Below, in pieces: positions 49,002 through 59,465 of a DNA stretch of 64,000 nt. The first letter of the stretch is position 1, and each line of letters starts with the position of its first letter. The position numbers and the translations under genes are program-made. The stretch lies in contig CAVPNI010000002.1 of NCBI GenBank assembly GCA_963706715.1, positions 256,001 to 320,000 on the forward strand, written 5' to 3'. Source of the stretch: an uncultured Verrucomicrobiae bacterium. Its GTDB lineage: Bacteria; Verrucomicrobiota; Verrucomicrobiia; Chthoniobacterales; Xiphinematobacteraceae. A model generated the notes under the pieces. It made no database searches and was not told the DNA's origin. It saw nothing but the letters and a program-made list of their open reading frames with translations.

Positions 49002-49679
49002 ATGGCTCCTGAAATTTTCCACAGTCACCAATTTGTTCAAGATGCGGTCTCGTTTATTATGCTCGGTGTCCACGAAGCGCTCGAGACCCGGAATGAATGC
49101 CGGATTGCTCTGAGCGGGGGCAGTACTCCAAAGCCAGTATTTGAGGCATTGGCTCAGCAGTCGTTGGATTGGGATCGTATTGTGATCACTTTCAGTGACG
49201 AAAGGTGTGTACCGCCGACAGACGAACAGAGTAACTTTCTGATGGCACAGCAGGCTTTGTTGAATCACGTTCCAATTCCGGCACGGAACATTCTCCGGAT
49301 GAAAGGCGAACTTGATCCGATTCAAGGCGCTCGGGAATATGAGGCCGTACTTCGGGAGCGCTCGCCCCATGAAATCTATCGACACGATCTTCTGCTTCTT
49401 GGCATGGGTGAGGACGGTCATACGGCCTCACTATTTCCGGCCACGCATGCGCTTAAGGTGACTGACCGCTGGGTCATTGAAAACTATGTGCCCAAGCTGA
49501 ATGCTTGGCGAATTACATTTACCTACCCGTTAATCAACGCTGCCAGGCAGGTGCTATTTTTGGTAAATAGCACAGGTAAAGATGAGGTGTTAAGGCAAGT
49601 TTTTCACAACAAATCTGATTATCCCTGTAGTCGTGTCTTGCCGACTGCCGGTCGAGTGAGATGGCTTCTGGGGAGCTGA
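49002..49679 (+). CDS. pgl: 6-phosphogluconolactonase
   Basis: ALSGGSTP, DERCVP, LLGMGEDGHTASLFP, RITFT.P.IN. Confidence 0.93.
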   Translation: MAPEIFHSHQFVQDAVSFIMLGVHEALETRNECRIALSGGSTPKPVFEALAQQSLDWDRIVITFSDERCVPPTDEQSNFLMAQQALLNHVPIPARNILRMKGELDPIQGAREYEAVLRERSPHEIYRHDLLLLGMGEDGHTASLFPATHALKVTDRWVIENYVPKLNAWRITFTYPLINAARQVLFLVNSTGKDEVLRQVFHNKSDYPCSRVLPTAGRVRWLLGS

Positions 49680-49694
49680 CGACCCAATCGACTC

Positions 49695-50903
49695 ATGAAA
49701 AGTCTTTTTTTGACTAATGAATATCCGCCGCACATTTATGGCGGAGCGGGTGTTCATGTGGAATATCTGAGCCGAGCTCTATCCAAATTTATGGAAGTAG
49801 AAGTCCGCTGCTTTGGTGATCAGCATGTCGACCTACAGCACCTGTCAGTACGAGGCTTTGGTCTCAAAAATGCGGAATTTAAGTGTCCCAAACAATTATG
49901 TTCTATATTTGGGGCTTTACAGCGGTGCTTGGACTTTAATACAGCCGGGATCGTTGCCGACGTAGTCCATTGTCATACCTGGTACTCCCACTTCGGTGGC
50001 CTACTGACCAAGTTCAATTATGGTCTTCCTCTGGTCATTACTGTTCATTCCCTGGAGCCGCTTCGTCCATGGAAACGGGAACAATTAGGTTGTGGCTATG
50101 ATTTTACTACCTGGTTGGAAAAGACTGCTTTAGAGGCAGCCGATGCTATTATTGCGGTTTCTGCGGAAACAAAAAAAGATATTCTGCGCTTATTTGACGT
50201 TTCGGATCGTCGAATCCATGTCATTCACAACGGTATTGACTTAAAAGAATACCGGCCAGTGCAAAAATCCAATCTTCTCGTAGCTCACGGGATCGATTCC
50301 AATCAGCCATATGTTTTATTTGTCGGAAGAATTGCCCGCCAGAAAGGAATTTTGCATTTGATACGTGCTATTCATTACTTTGCACCGGGATTTCAGGTAG
50401 TCCTTTGTGCCAGTGCGCCGGATACCCCTGAAATTGAAACAGAAGTCACCGAGGCAATTCAAGATGCGCAAGCACGGCGACCTGGAATTATCTGGATACA
50501 CGAAATGCTCGACGTTTCTACCAAGGTTCAACTCTATAGCCATGCCTCCGTGTTTGTTTGCCCCTCCATTTACGAGCCATTCGGAATTATTAATCTCGAA
50601 GCAATGGCCTGTGGAATACCCGTAGTGGCAAGTGCGGTGGGTGGTGTCAAGGAAGTGGTCGTGGATGGTGAAACAGGCTTTTTGTTGCCTTTCGAAAAAC
50701 AAGAGGAGAACACATTGAAACCTGTTGATTACGAACAATTTGAGCGAGACATTGCCGCCCGCATTAATGATCTTGTGGCGGATAAATGCCTCCGGGAAAG
50801 GATGGGAAAAGCGGGCCGCCGTCGAGCAGAACAACTTTTTGATTGGGACGCGATTGCTCGACAAACCCATGGACTCTACGAAAAGATCGTGCATGTTCGT
50901 TGA
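49695..50903 (+). CDS. glgA: GT4 glycogen synthase, Corynebacterium/GlgM type
   Basis: LTNEYPP..YGGAGVHV, HCHTWY, HSLEPLRPWKREQLG.GY, YEPFGIINLEAMAC. Confidence 0.88.
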   Translation: MKSLFLTNEYPPHIYGGAGVHVEYLSRALSKFMEVEVRCFGDQHVDLQHLSVRGFGLKNAEFKCPKQLCSIFGALQRCLDFNTAGIVADVVHCHTWYSHFGGLLTKFNYGLPLVITVHSLEPLRPWKREQLGCGYDFTTWLEKTALEAADAIIAVSAETKKDILRLFDVSDRRIHVIHNGIDLKEYRPVQKSNLLVAHGIDSNQPYVLFVGRIARQKGILHLIRAIHYFAPGFQVVLCASAPDTPEIETEVTEAIQDAQARRPGIIWIHEMLDVSTKVQLYSHASVFVCPSIYEPFGIINLEAMACGIPVVASAVGGVKEVVVDGETGFLLPFEKQEENTLKPVDYEQFERDIAARINDLVADKCLRERMGKAGRRRAEQLFDWDAIARQTHGLYEKIVHVR

Positions 50904-51984
50904 TCAAATTCGTGTTCATGCCAAAGCAGGGGATGGAGGCTCGGGTTGCTGTAGCTTTCGTCGCGAAAAATTTGTTCCGAGAGGGGGGCCTGATGGTGGG
51001 AACGGAGGTCGCGGGGGAGACATCATCTTACAGGCTGATGAGCATACAGATAACCTGGTCTCTTTATTTTACGAACCCATAATTCGAGCCAAACATGGTA
51101 ATAACGGCCAGGGAAAGGATAAGCACGGTCGTAATGCTCAGCCCAAAATCGTACGAGTACCGGTTGGTACTGTGATTTACCGGCTTCCAAACCCGGTACC
51201 ACCCAGCCCGTTTCATGAGGATGAAGACACAAAATCCGTCCCACCCAAAAGTAAGGTGAATCTTTCGGCCTTGGAAGTCGTGGGCGATCTCATTGAAGCC
51301 AACCAGCGTTTTATTCTTTGTACCGGAGGCGATGGAGGAAAGGGGAATACTCACTTTAAGTCTTCGACCAACCGGGCCCCGCGTCATTTCACACCCGGAT
51401 TTCCAGGAGAAGAGGCCTGGTTTGTCTTTGAATTGAGAACCATAGCGTTCGCAGGCTTAGTCGGATATCCCAATGCTGGTAAATCCACCCTGTTAGGCGC
51501 TATCTCGGCTGCGCACCCCAAAGTGGCCTCATACCCCTTTACGACCCTGCGGCCTTCGGTCGGAGTTGTGAAATTGCCAGGATATCAGCGAGTTACTGTC
51601 GCGGACATTCCAGGATTGATCCAAGGGGCTCATGCTAACAAGGGATTAGGTCATGAATTTCTGCGACACATAGTTCGCTGCAAAATGCTCCTGTTTGTTA
51701 TTGATATGGCGGGTAGTGAAGGGAGAAACCCTTTGGAAGATTTTCGTGCGCTCCGTAAGGAACTTAATCTTTACGACCCAACGCTCTCCGCGAAACCCTG
51801 GGCCGTTGTAGCCAATAAAATGGACCTTCCCGAGGCCGCTAGCCACTTAAAGGTATTTCAATCCGAAATCAAAAAAGCACCTATTATTCCGGCTGCGGTG
51901 AGTATAGGACAGGGTACCGAGCTGATTAAAGAACTCCTTGCCGAATCGGAACGGACTTCGTCCGACTCTGTTAGAAACCTGTAG
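50893..51984 (+). CDS. obgE: GTPase ObgE/CgtA
   Basis: MFVD, FRREKFVPRGGPDGG, GLVGYPNAGKST, DIPG, NKMD. Confidence 0.96.
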   Translation: MFVDQIRVHAKAGDGGSGCCSFRREKFVPRGGPDGGNGGRGGDIILQADEHTDNLVSLFYEPIIRAKHGNNGQGKDKHGRNAQPKIVRVPVGTVIYRLPNPVPPSPFHEDEDTKSVPPKSKVNLSALEVVGDLIEANQRFILCTGGDGGKGNTHFKSSTNRAPRHFTPGFPGEEAWFVFELRTIAFAGLVGYPNAGKSTLLGAISAAHPKVASYPFTTLRPSVGVVKLPGYQRVTVADIPGLIQGAHANKGLGHEFLRHIVRCKMLLFVIDMAGSEGRNPLEDFRALRKELNLYDPTLSAKPWAVVANKMDLPEAASHLKVFQSEIKKAPIIPAAVSIGQGTELIKELLAESERTSSDSVRNL

Positions 51985-52014
51985 CTGGAAAGTGCGAATT
52001 TCGCTATAAGTTTT

Positions 52015-54921
52015 GTGACTCATCATCGCCCTGTCATTCATATTAAGGGAGCTAGGCAACATAATCTGAAAAACCTCGACATCGAGATTCCACGAAACCG
52101 GTTTGTTGTGGTGACCGGAGTCAGCGGATCGGGAAAATCCTCATTGGCCTTTGATACTTTATATGCGGAGGGACAGCGGAAATATGTCGAAAGCCTTTCC
52201 GCTTATGCCCGGCAGTTTCTCGATCAAATGCAAAAGCCAGATGTGGATTTTATTGAAGGGCTCTCTCCTGCTATTGCCATCGAGCAGCGGACTGCTCTGG
52301 CAAGCCCGCGCTCCACTATTGCGACAACCACTGAAATATACGACTATCTCCGCCTTTTGTATGCCGCGGTAGGCTTGCCACACGATCCGGAAACAGGAGA
52401 GCCCGTCATTCGACAAACGACACAGCAAATTATTGACGAAATACTAGCCTGGAAAGAGGGGACACACATTATTCTCCTTGCTCCTCTGGTTCGACAAGAA
52501 ACCGGAGAATTGAAGGATGTGATAGAAAAAGCTCTGCGTGAAGGTTTTGTCCGCCTGCGCATCGATGGTGAAATTGTTGAACTTGAAAAACCCGATTCCA
52601 TCCGCTTAGCACATACAGGTCGGCACGATATTGATGCTGTAATCGATCGTATCTTGATTAAGAAAGATATCCGGCAACGTTTGGCAGATTCTGTCGAGAC
52701 CGCTTTGCGGCAGGGTAAAAATCAACTGACTGTGCTCTGGCAGTCAACTTCTTCGAAGGAATGGAAGGAGCGCCAATTTTCCACTCACTATTCCAATCCA
52801 CGCACAGGTTTTACGATCGCCAATCTCACATCGAAGCATTTTTCTTTTAATAGCCACCTGGGAGCCTGTCCGGCTTGTCAAGGCATTGGATCGGAGGCAT
52901 TCTTTGATCCCGATTTGATGGTCGATCCTACAAAAACCTTGGACGAAGGCGCAATCAAGGTCTGGCGTACGGGCAATCCGAAGATGAAGCAATACTATAC
53001 CACATTGCTTGAGAGTCTGGTGAGATATTTTTGTGTCGCGCGTGATCAGCCATTTCGGGATCTTCCGTCATCTTTTCGGCAAGCTTTATTTTATGGAATG
53101 GAAGGGAGAAAAGCTCCGAAATCCAAGGGATCGGAAACTCCCGTATTTGTGGGGATTGTGCCTCAGGTGAAGCGTATGTTTGCAGAAAGCGAAAGTGAGC
53201 TCACCAGAAAGCGTCTGCGCATGTTCATGTCTCGAAGGACCTGCCAAGTTTGCAAAGGTGCTCGACTGCGTCCGGAAATTCTGGCCGTAACAGTAGAATC
53301 TACCTCACATCAGCAATTAAATATTTACCAATTCTGTCAGATGACCATTGAGGAGTGCCGCAAATGGATAGATACCATTCAGCTCTCAGAGCCACAACGC
53401 CACATTGTGGCAGATGTTCTTCGCGAGATCTCGCATCGCATTGATTTTCTTCTTCAAGTTGGTCTTGGCTATCTGAACTTAAATCGGGAAAGCAGTACAC
53501 TTTCTGGTGGTGAGGCGCAGCGTATTCGGCTTGCAGCTCAAATAGGCTCCGGTCTCTCCGGTGTGCTTTACGTGCTAGACGAACCCAGCATCGGTCTGCA
53601 TCAACGAGACAATGCACGTCTTATCAAAACATTGCGAAGCCTGCGTGACCTTGGAAATTCGGTGATCGTGGTCGAGCATGATGAGGACACCATTCGGGCC
53701 AGCGATTATATCCTGGACCTTGGGCCAGGTGCGGGTCCTCATGGTGGGCGGCTGGTTGCCCAAGGAACTCTTGAAGACATCTTACAATCTGAAGCATCGC
53801 TGACGGCTCAGTACCTCAATGGCCGACTGAGGATACCAATTCCCAAGCTACGTGTTTCCCCACCCAAATCAAATCCAACTGGCTCAAAAAACGATGCTTG
53901 GATTACCGTCGTTGGAGCTCAGGAAAATAACTTAAAAAATATTACCGCGGCTTTCCCTATGGGATGCCTGACCTGTGTAACTGGTGTTTCCGGAAGCGGT
54001 AAATCCACCCTTGTAAACGACATCCTGTACGCTGCTTTGGCAAGGGATCTTGCCGGTGCAAAATCTAAACCAGGATTATACTCTAAGATTCTAGGCGTAA
54101 ATCAATTAGAAAAAGTTATTATAATTAATCAGGCACCACTGGGCCGAACCTCGCGTTCCAATCCCGCAACTTACAGTGGTATCTTCAGTGCTATTCGCGA
54201 TCTCTTCGCTGGACTGTCGGCAGCCCGCGTTCGCGGTTATGATCCGAGTAGATTTTCCTTCAACATTAAGGGCGGCCGTTGTGAGCATTGTCAAGGAGCT
54301 GGAGTGATCCAAATTGAAATGCACTTTTTAGCGGACATTTATACGGAGTGTGAGATTTGTCATGGCAAACGTTACAATCGAGAAACACTGGAAATTACTT
54401 ATAAAGGAAAAAATATCGCAGATGTGCTGGCTCTGAGTGTCGAAGAAGCTGCTCATTTCTTTCGAAATATTCCTGCTATTTCAAGCAAACTTGAGACCCT
54501 CCGGAACGTTGGCTTAAGTTATATCCGTCTCGGACAATCGGCTGCTACCTTGTCCGGGGGAGAGGCCCAGCGTGTTAAATTAGCTTCTGAACTGGCAAAG
54601 AAAAGTACCGGCAGAACTCTTTATATCTTAGACGAACCCACGACCGGCCTTCATTTTGCAGATATTCATAAGCTTCTTGAGGTCTTGATTAAGCTGCGGG
54701 ATACTGGCAATACCTTAATTGTTATTGAACATAATTTGGAAGTTATTAAATGTGCGGATTGGGTGATTGATCTGGGACCTGAAGGTGGAGAAAAAGGCGG
54801 ATTTATTGTTGTTGAAGGGACGCCTGAAGAAGTGGGGCGCCACCCGCAAGGTCACACCGGGCATTATCTGCAAAAAGTATTGCGCACAGAGATCCATGAT
54901 CATGAACTGCATCCGCAGTGA
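52015..54921 (+). CDS. uvrA: excinuclease ABC subunit A
   Basis: GARQHNLKN, two GVSGSGKS Walker A motifs, LSGGEAQR twice, zinc fingers. Confidence 0.97.
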   Translation: MTHHRPVIHIKGARQHNLKNLDIEIPRNRFVVVTGVSGSGKSSLAFDTLYAEGQRKYVESLSAYARQFLDQMQKPDVDFIEGLSPAIAIEQRTALASPRSTIATTTEIYDYLRLLYAAVGLPHDPETGEPVIRQTTQQIIDEILAWKEGTHIILLAPLVRQETGELKDVIEKALREGFVRLRIDGEIVELEKPDSIRLAHTGRHDIDAVIDRILIKKDIRQRLADSVETALRQGKNQLTVLWQSTSSKEWKERQFSTHYSNPRTGFTIANLTSKHFSFNSHLGACPACQGIGSEAFFDPDLMVDPTKTLDEGAIKVWRTGNPKMKQYYTTLLESLVRYFCVARDQPFRDLPSSFRQALFYGMEGRKAPKSKGSETPVFVGIVPQVKRMFAESESELTRKRLRMFMSRRTCQVCKGARLRPEILAVTVESTSHQQLNIYQFCQMTIEECRKWIDTIQLSEPQRHIVADVLREISHRIDFLLQVGLGYLNLNRESSTLSGGEAQRIRLAAQIGSGLSGVLYVLDEPSIGLHQRDNARLIKTLRSLRDLGNSVIVVEHDEDTIRASDYILDLGPGAGPHGGRLVAQGTLEDILQSEASLTAQYLNGRLRIPIPKLRVSPPKSNPTGSKNDAWITVVGAQENNLKNITAAFPMGCLTCVTGVSGSGKSTLVNDILYAALARDLAGAKSKPGLYSKILGVNQLEKVIIINQAPLGRTSRSNPATYSGIFSAIRDLFAGLSAARVRGYDPSRFSFNIKGGRCEHCQGAGVIQIEMHFLADIYTECEICHGKRYNRETLEITYKGKNIADVLALSVEEAAHFFRNIPAISSKLETLRNVGLSYIRLGQSAATLSGGEAQRVKLASELAKKSTGRTLYILDEPTTGLHFADIHKLLEVLIKLRDTGNTLIVIEHNLEVIKCADWVIDLGPEGGEKGGFIVVEGTPEEVGRHPQGHTGHYLQKVLRTEIHDHELHPQ

Positions 54922-57358
54922 TAGCTTGATAATAGCAAAACACTTTTGCAGCAAAGTCGCGGCAAAATGCCGCTGTGCGGCACTTGTAAGTGTATTCATT
55001 TTGACGGAGGGGAGCCTTTGTTACGCCAAAGATCAGATAGAGGAAGCATTGGCGCCTCGCTCCGAAGGCCTTCCTCAAGTGACTATCGCAAGGCTTTCTG
55101 ATATTCTTAACAACTCCCCTATCAATCAGTCTGATAAATTACGCGTTCTGCGAGAACTTGGCCGAACGTATTTCGAAGCGGGTCGATTGGCTGATGCTAT
55201 CGGGATTCTTCGTCCCCTTTCCGCCGACCCGGCGGCTGGCTTTTGGTTGGCACAGGCTTTTGCAGCTCAGGGAGAATATGCACAGGCGCTTTCTCTTTAC
55301 CAAAAGGCACGCGCTGATGAAAATTTGCAACCTTATGCTACTTTGGGAGAGGCACGGATGTTGCATGCATTGAAGAAAAACAGCGCGGCGCTTGCTTTGT
55401 TGGCCGAGATTCCTACGGAGAGTTTAGTAGCTGATGCCGTTGCACTGGAGAGGGCGAATATTCTTTTAGATCTCGACCGTCTGGCAGAAGCATCCGCTAT
55501 TTTAAAAGCAAACGCGGCCTCATCTTCCTGGGAACATTATCTTTTAGCGAGGATAGCGATGCTGGAAAGGCGTTGGGGAGATGCAGCGGCTCTTTTAACT
55601 CGTATCCAATCGGACGATAACGAGCTTATGAGAAATATTCTGCTCGCACGGGCTGAATGTTTTTACCAGACGGGAGATTTTGCGTCGGCAGAAAATTTAT
55701 TGGCGAAATTTATTCAAGAACATCCGGAACATCCTGCCTTGCCTGTTGTGTTTGCCAAACTCGATGAAGTCTATGGCCGGGAAAGCAGCCCTTCTGGTGG
55801 TGATCTTCGTCGATGGGCTGAGGACGCCAATCACCCCGTCCGCGCAGGCTACGCCCGGTTTTATCGTGCTCGGAACGAGTCTCGGACTGGTTTTTCAGAC
55901 AGTGCCGTAGCACTTTTTCGCGAATTCATTCGCGATTTGCCTCAACATCCTCTTGTTAATTCCGCACGTGCTGAACTAGCTGAGCACTCTCTGCATAATT
56001 GCAAACCTCAGAATGCCTTGGATATTCTTTCCGCGTTTCAGTCCAATTCGTCCGAAGCAAAAGAAATTGCTAACAAAGTTAATTTTTTGCGCGGTAGCGC
56101 GCTATTCGCTCTCAGCCGGTACGCGGAAGCAGCCGGTGCATTTTTGGAGGCAGGCAGTCAAGATTCTTCACCAATGGCTGAAAGTGCTCTTTATAACTCG
56201 GCACTGTCTTACTTACTTGCCAACTCGTTTGCCACCACTAATCCGGCACAACTCGAGCTCATGAGGCGTTACCCCAGCGGACATGCTCTCCAGCAGCTCC
56301 GCTTCGTTGAAGCTTTGCAAAAGGCAAAATGGAAACACTCTGATGCTGCTCAAGCATTGGCTGACGTTGCAAGATTTTCAGCGCGTGCACAATTGGCATT
56401 TGTCGAGTTCTGTTTTGCTAGTAAGGATCTGAAACGTGCCTCCAGTGAGTGGATGCGATTTGCTGACCATCCCGGAGCATTTAACGATCGTGCAGCCTAT
56501 TTGGCTATCTTTTTAGCCGGGAATGGTACGGAAGGGGCCGACGATCATGTGATCCGGCTCGCACGAGATTTTCTGGATGCTTATCCTAACTCTTCTTTTA
56601 AGCCTGAGGTACGGATGAAGCTGGGCGAAATTTTCTTTCGACGCGGAAATTTTTTGGCAGCTCGAATTCAGTTCGAAAGCCTCGCACGTGAATTTCCCGA
56701 TTCGCCGTTGAAGGAACCTGCTCTTTTTTTTGCAGGGCAAAGCGCGATTCGGACCATGGAACCATCCGCCATTGAAAACGCAATGCTCATTTTCGAAGAA
56801 GTAGCCAAGATGAAAGGACCGTTTGCTTGGCGAGCGCGCTTGGAACAAGCTCGAGTTCAGGAAACTACGGAGCATCCCGACCAGGCTCTGCTTATTCTAA
56901 AAAATATTCTCGCCTCTCAGATCGATTCCGAGGTTCGCCTTGAAGTCCTCACGATGCAGGGCAATATTCTCTTTGGTCAGGGAATTGCCTCTTCTGAAAA
57001 TTACGCTCGGGCAATCCAATCCTGGCAACAAATCATCTCTGATCCAAAAGTGACCTTGCCTTGGAAAAATCAAGCTCTTACTAAGATTGGCGCAGCGTAC
57101 CAAAAGTTGGGTGATACCGACAGAGCGCTTGCCAGCTATTATGAAGTTTTCAATGTATTTGATCCCGCCAATCCGGAATTTTTCTGGTTTTATAAAGCAG
57201 GCTTTGATGCGGGAAAACTTCTTGAATCCAAAAAGGAGTGGAATGGAGCCATTCATATCTATCAACAGTTAGCTTCTATTCCTGGTCCACGAGCACAGGA
57301 AGCCGAGCAACGCCTGGAACGTCTTAAGCAGGAAAATTTTATCCGGGGGGCCAAATAA
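54896..57358 (+). CDS. large exported TPR protein (start uncertain)
   Basis: Tandem TPR helices with FI..HP/YP.S motifs. Confidence 0.8.
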   Translation: MIMNCIRSDSLIIAKHFCSKVAAKCRCAALVSVFILTEGSLCYAKDQIEEALAPRSEGLPQVTIARLSDILNNSPINQSDKLRVLRELGRTYFEAGRLADAIGILRPLSADPAAGFWLAQAFAAQGEYAQALSLYQKARADENLQPYATLGEARMLHALKKNSAALALLAEIPTESLVADAVALERANILLDLDRLAEASAILKANAASSSWEHYLLARIAMLERRWGDAAALLTRIQSDDNELMRNILLARAECFYQTGDFASAENLLAKFIQEHPEHPALPVVFAKLDEVYGRESSPSGGDLRRWAEDANHPVRAGYARFYRARNESRTGFSDSAVALFREFIRDLPQHPLVNSARAELAEHSLHNCKPQNALDILSAFQSNSSEAKEIANKVNFLRGSALFALSRYAEAAGAFLEAGSQDSSPMAESALYNSALSYLLANSFATTNPAQLELMRRYPSGHALQQLRFVEALQKAKWKHSDAAQALADVARFSARAQLAFVEFCFASKDLKRASSEWMRFADHPGAFNDRAAYLAIFLAGNGTEGADDHVIRLARDFLDAYPNSSFKPEVRMKLGEIFFRRGNFLAARIQFESLAREFPDSPLKEPALFFAGQSAIRTMEPSAIENAMLIFEEVAKMKGPFAWRARLEQARVQETTEHPDQALLILKNILASQIDSEVRLEVLTMQGNILFGQGIASSENYARAIQSWQQIISDPKVTLPWKNQALTKIGAAYQKLGDTDRALASYYEVFNVFDPANPEFFWFYKAGFDAGKLLESKKEWNGAIHIYQQLASIPGPRAQEAEQRLERLKQENFIRGAK

Positions 57359-57392
57359 CGCCCACATCTTTGCTATAAATACCTTCCCTTTT

Positions 57393-58487
57393 ATGGAATC
57401 TTCAAAAACTAATCCTCACATAAAACTTTACATTCCGGGGCCGGTCGAAGTTTCGGAGAAAACACTGCACGCTTTGTCTCAACCAATGATTGGACACCGG
57501 AGCGATGAATTTAGAGAGCTGTACGCCGAAATGAATACCAAGTTGCAAGCCCTGTTTGAGACTCAGCAGCCTGTTTTCCTTTCCACATCCTCTGCCTGGG
57601 GTGTGATGGAGGCATCCATCCGCAATTTGGTGAATAAAAAAGTGCTCAACTGTATGTGTGGTGCATTTTCCGACAAGTGGCTTGACGTCAGTAAACGTTG
57701 CGGGAAAGAGGCTGAATCATTGCAAGTAGAATGGGGGCAGCCGATTACAGCTGAGAGTGTGGAAGCAAAACTCAGCGAGGGCGGATTTGATGCAATGACG
57801 CTTGTTCATAACGAGACATCGTGCGGCCTCAAAAATCCTTTGCGAGAAATTGCGGCAGTAGTCCGAAAGTTTCCGGAAGTCCTCTTCATTGTAGATACCG
57901 TCTCCTCATTTTCAACCGAGTCCATTCCTATGGATGAGCTCGGTATTGATGTCCTGCTCACTGGGAGCCAAAAAGCCTTGGCTCTGCCGCCCGGCCTAGC
58001 CATTTTTAGCGTCTCTCAACGCGCCTTCGAACGTGCTGCTTCCGTTCCCGCACGCGGATACTACTTCGACTTTTTAGAATTTAAAAATAATCAAGTGCAG
58101 AACATGACCCCGACTACTCCGTCGCTACCTCATATATATGCTTTGCATTCGAAACTTGAAGATATCTTTAATGAAGGGCTCGAGAACCGTTATGCACGCC
58201 ACCGCCGCTTAAATTCCCTGGTTCACGAATGGGTATGCCGCAACGGCTTTGGATTTTTTGCGCCTGAAGGTTATCGTTCGTTGTCCTTAACATGCGTTGC
58301 TAATCATCGAAAGATCAACGTTGCCGCCTGGGTGAAGCGTCTCCGGAAAAAACACCACATGGTCATCGACGATGGCTACGGCAAAATTAAAGAAAAGACA
58401 TTTCGTATTTCCAACATGGGTGACGAGACAGAAGAAAGCATCACACTAATGCTCAGTGCGTTAGACGATACGTTGGAAGCAACGTGA
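57393..58487 (+). CDS. class V aminotransferase (alanine-glyoxylate/serine-pyruvate type)
   Basis: LYIPGPV, MIGHRS, VHNETS, DTVSS, GSQKALALPPG. Confidence 0.9.
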   Translation: MESSKTNPHIKLYIPGPVEVSEKTLHALSQPMIGHRSDEFRELYAEMNTKLQALFETQQPVFLSTSSAWGVMEASIRNLVNKKVLNCMCGAFSDKWLDVSKRCGKEAESLQVEWGQPITAESVEAKLSEGGFDAMTLVHNETSCGLKNPLREIAAVVRKFPEVLFIVDTVSSFSTESIPMDELGIDVLLTGSQKALALPPGLAIFSVSQRAFERAASVPARGYYFDFLEFKNNQVQNMTPTTPSLPHIYALHSKLEDIFNEGLENRYARHRRLNSLVHEWVCRNGFGFFAPEGYRSLSLTCVANHRKINVAAWVKRLRKKHHMVIDDGYGKIKEKTFRISNMGDETEESITLMLSALDDTLEAT

Positions 58488-59420
58488 GCCAAAATCGCTG
58501 GCAGGCTGATCCAAGGAAAGCATCGCAGCACCAAAAACCCCTGCGCTGTCCCCTAAGAGCGGACGTAAAAGAGGCGTCTCGAATGTTTGGTTGAAAATCC
58601 GAGAGCGAATTTTTTCGCGCGTGGATTCGGAATACAGTTCGTCGATGTTTCCTACGCCTCCGCCAATAACAATGGCATGCGGATCTAGCGTATTAATAAT
58701 AATAGTAATCGCATCAGCAAAACGGTCCGTCAGATACGCAATTGTCGTATCCGCTGCGGAATCAGTCCCAGTATGAGCTCGCTCAACAATTTCTTTGAGA
58801 TGGCAATGTCTTCCCGTTTTGGTTTCATAAAATTTTTCCAAAGCGGGACCGCTGATGAAGGCTTCGATAGTACCTTTGGTACCGTATACGGAAGCGGGCC
58901 CAAGTGGGTCGAGGACGATTTGCCCCCATTCGCCTACGATTCCGTGACGCCCCTCCAGGACATTGCCACGTACTACGATGCCACCTCCGACACCTGTCCC
59001 CATAATAATGCCAAAAACAGTTTCGAACCCTTGCGCAGCGCCGCAAGTAGCTTCCGCAAGTGCACAGCAATTGGCATCGTTTGCCAAAGCAATTTTTATT
59101 CCCAGGACCGTCCCCAGGTCCTTGCCGAGAGAACGGCCATTCAAGCAAAGCGTGTTGCATCCCTTCATAACATGACTGATAGGGTCCGGAATCCCAGGTG
59201 TTCCAATGCCAATCTTGGCAGGAAGAGGAAGACCAGTATCATGGCAAAGGAGACCGCATATTTTTTTGATATTTTCCAAAACACGATCATAGCCCAGGTT
59301 GGCTTCGGTGGGAATTCGCAGGCGGCAGAGTGGAGCTTCCGGGGAGGAAGGAAAAATGACAATGCCTTCAATTTTCGTTCCGCCCAGATCAATTCCGAAA
59401 CAGGGTGCTTCTTGAGTCAT
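58461..59420 (-). CDS. ROK family sugar kinase (Mak/fructokinase-like)
   Basis: GIDLGGTKIE, NDANC.ALAEA, GTGVGGG, LGDSAGVFGAA. Confidence 0.9.
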   Translation of the reverse strand: MTQEAPCFGIDLGGTKIEGIVIFPSSPEAPLCRLRIPTEANLGYDRVLENIKKICGLLCHDTGLPLPAKIGIGTPGIPDPISHVMKGCNTLCLNGRSLGKDLGTVLGIKIALANDANCCALAEATCGAAQGFETVFGIIMGTGVGGGIVVRGNVLEGRHGIVGEWGQIVLDPLGPASVYGTKGTIEAFISGPALEKFYETKTGRHCHLKEIVERAHTGTDSAADTTIAYLTDRFADAITIIINTLDPHAIVIGGGVGNIDELYSESTREKIRSRIFNQTFETPLLRPLLGDSAGVFGAAMLSLDQPASDFGSRCFQRIV

Positions 59421-59465
59421 AAATAAAATTTATTAATTAAATATAAGAGTCCGGAACAAGATATC

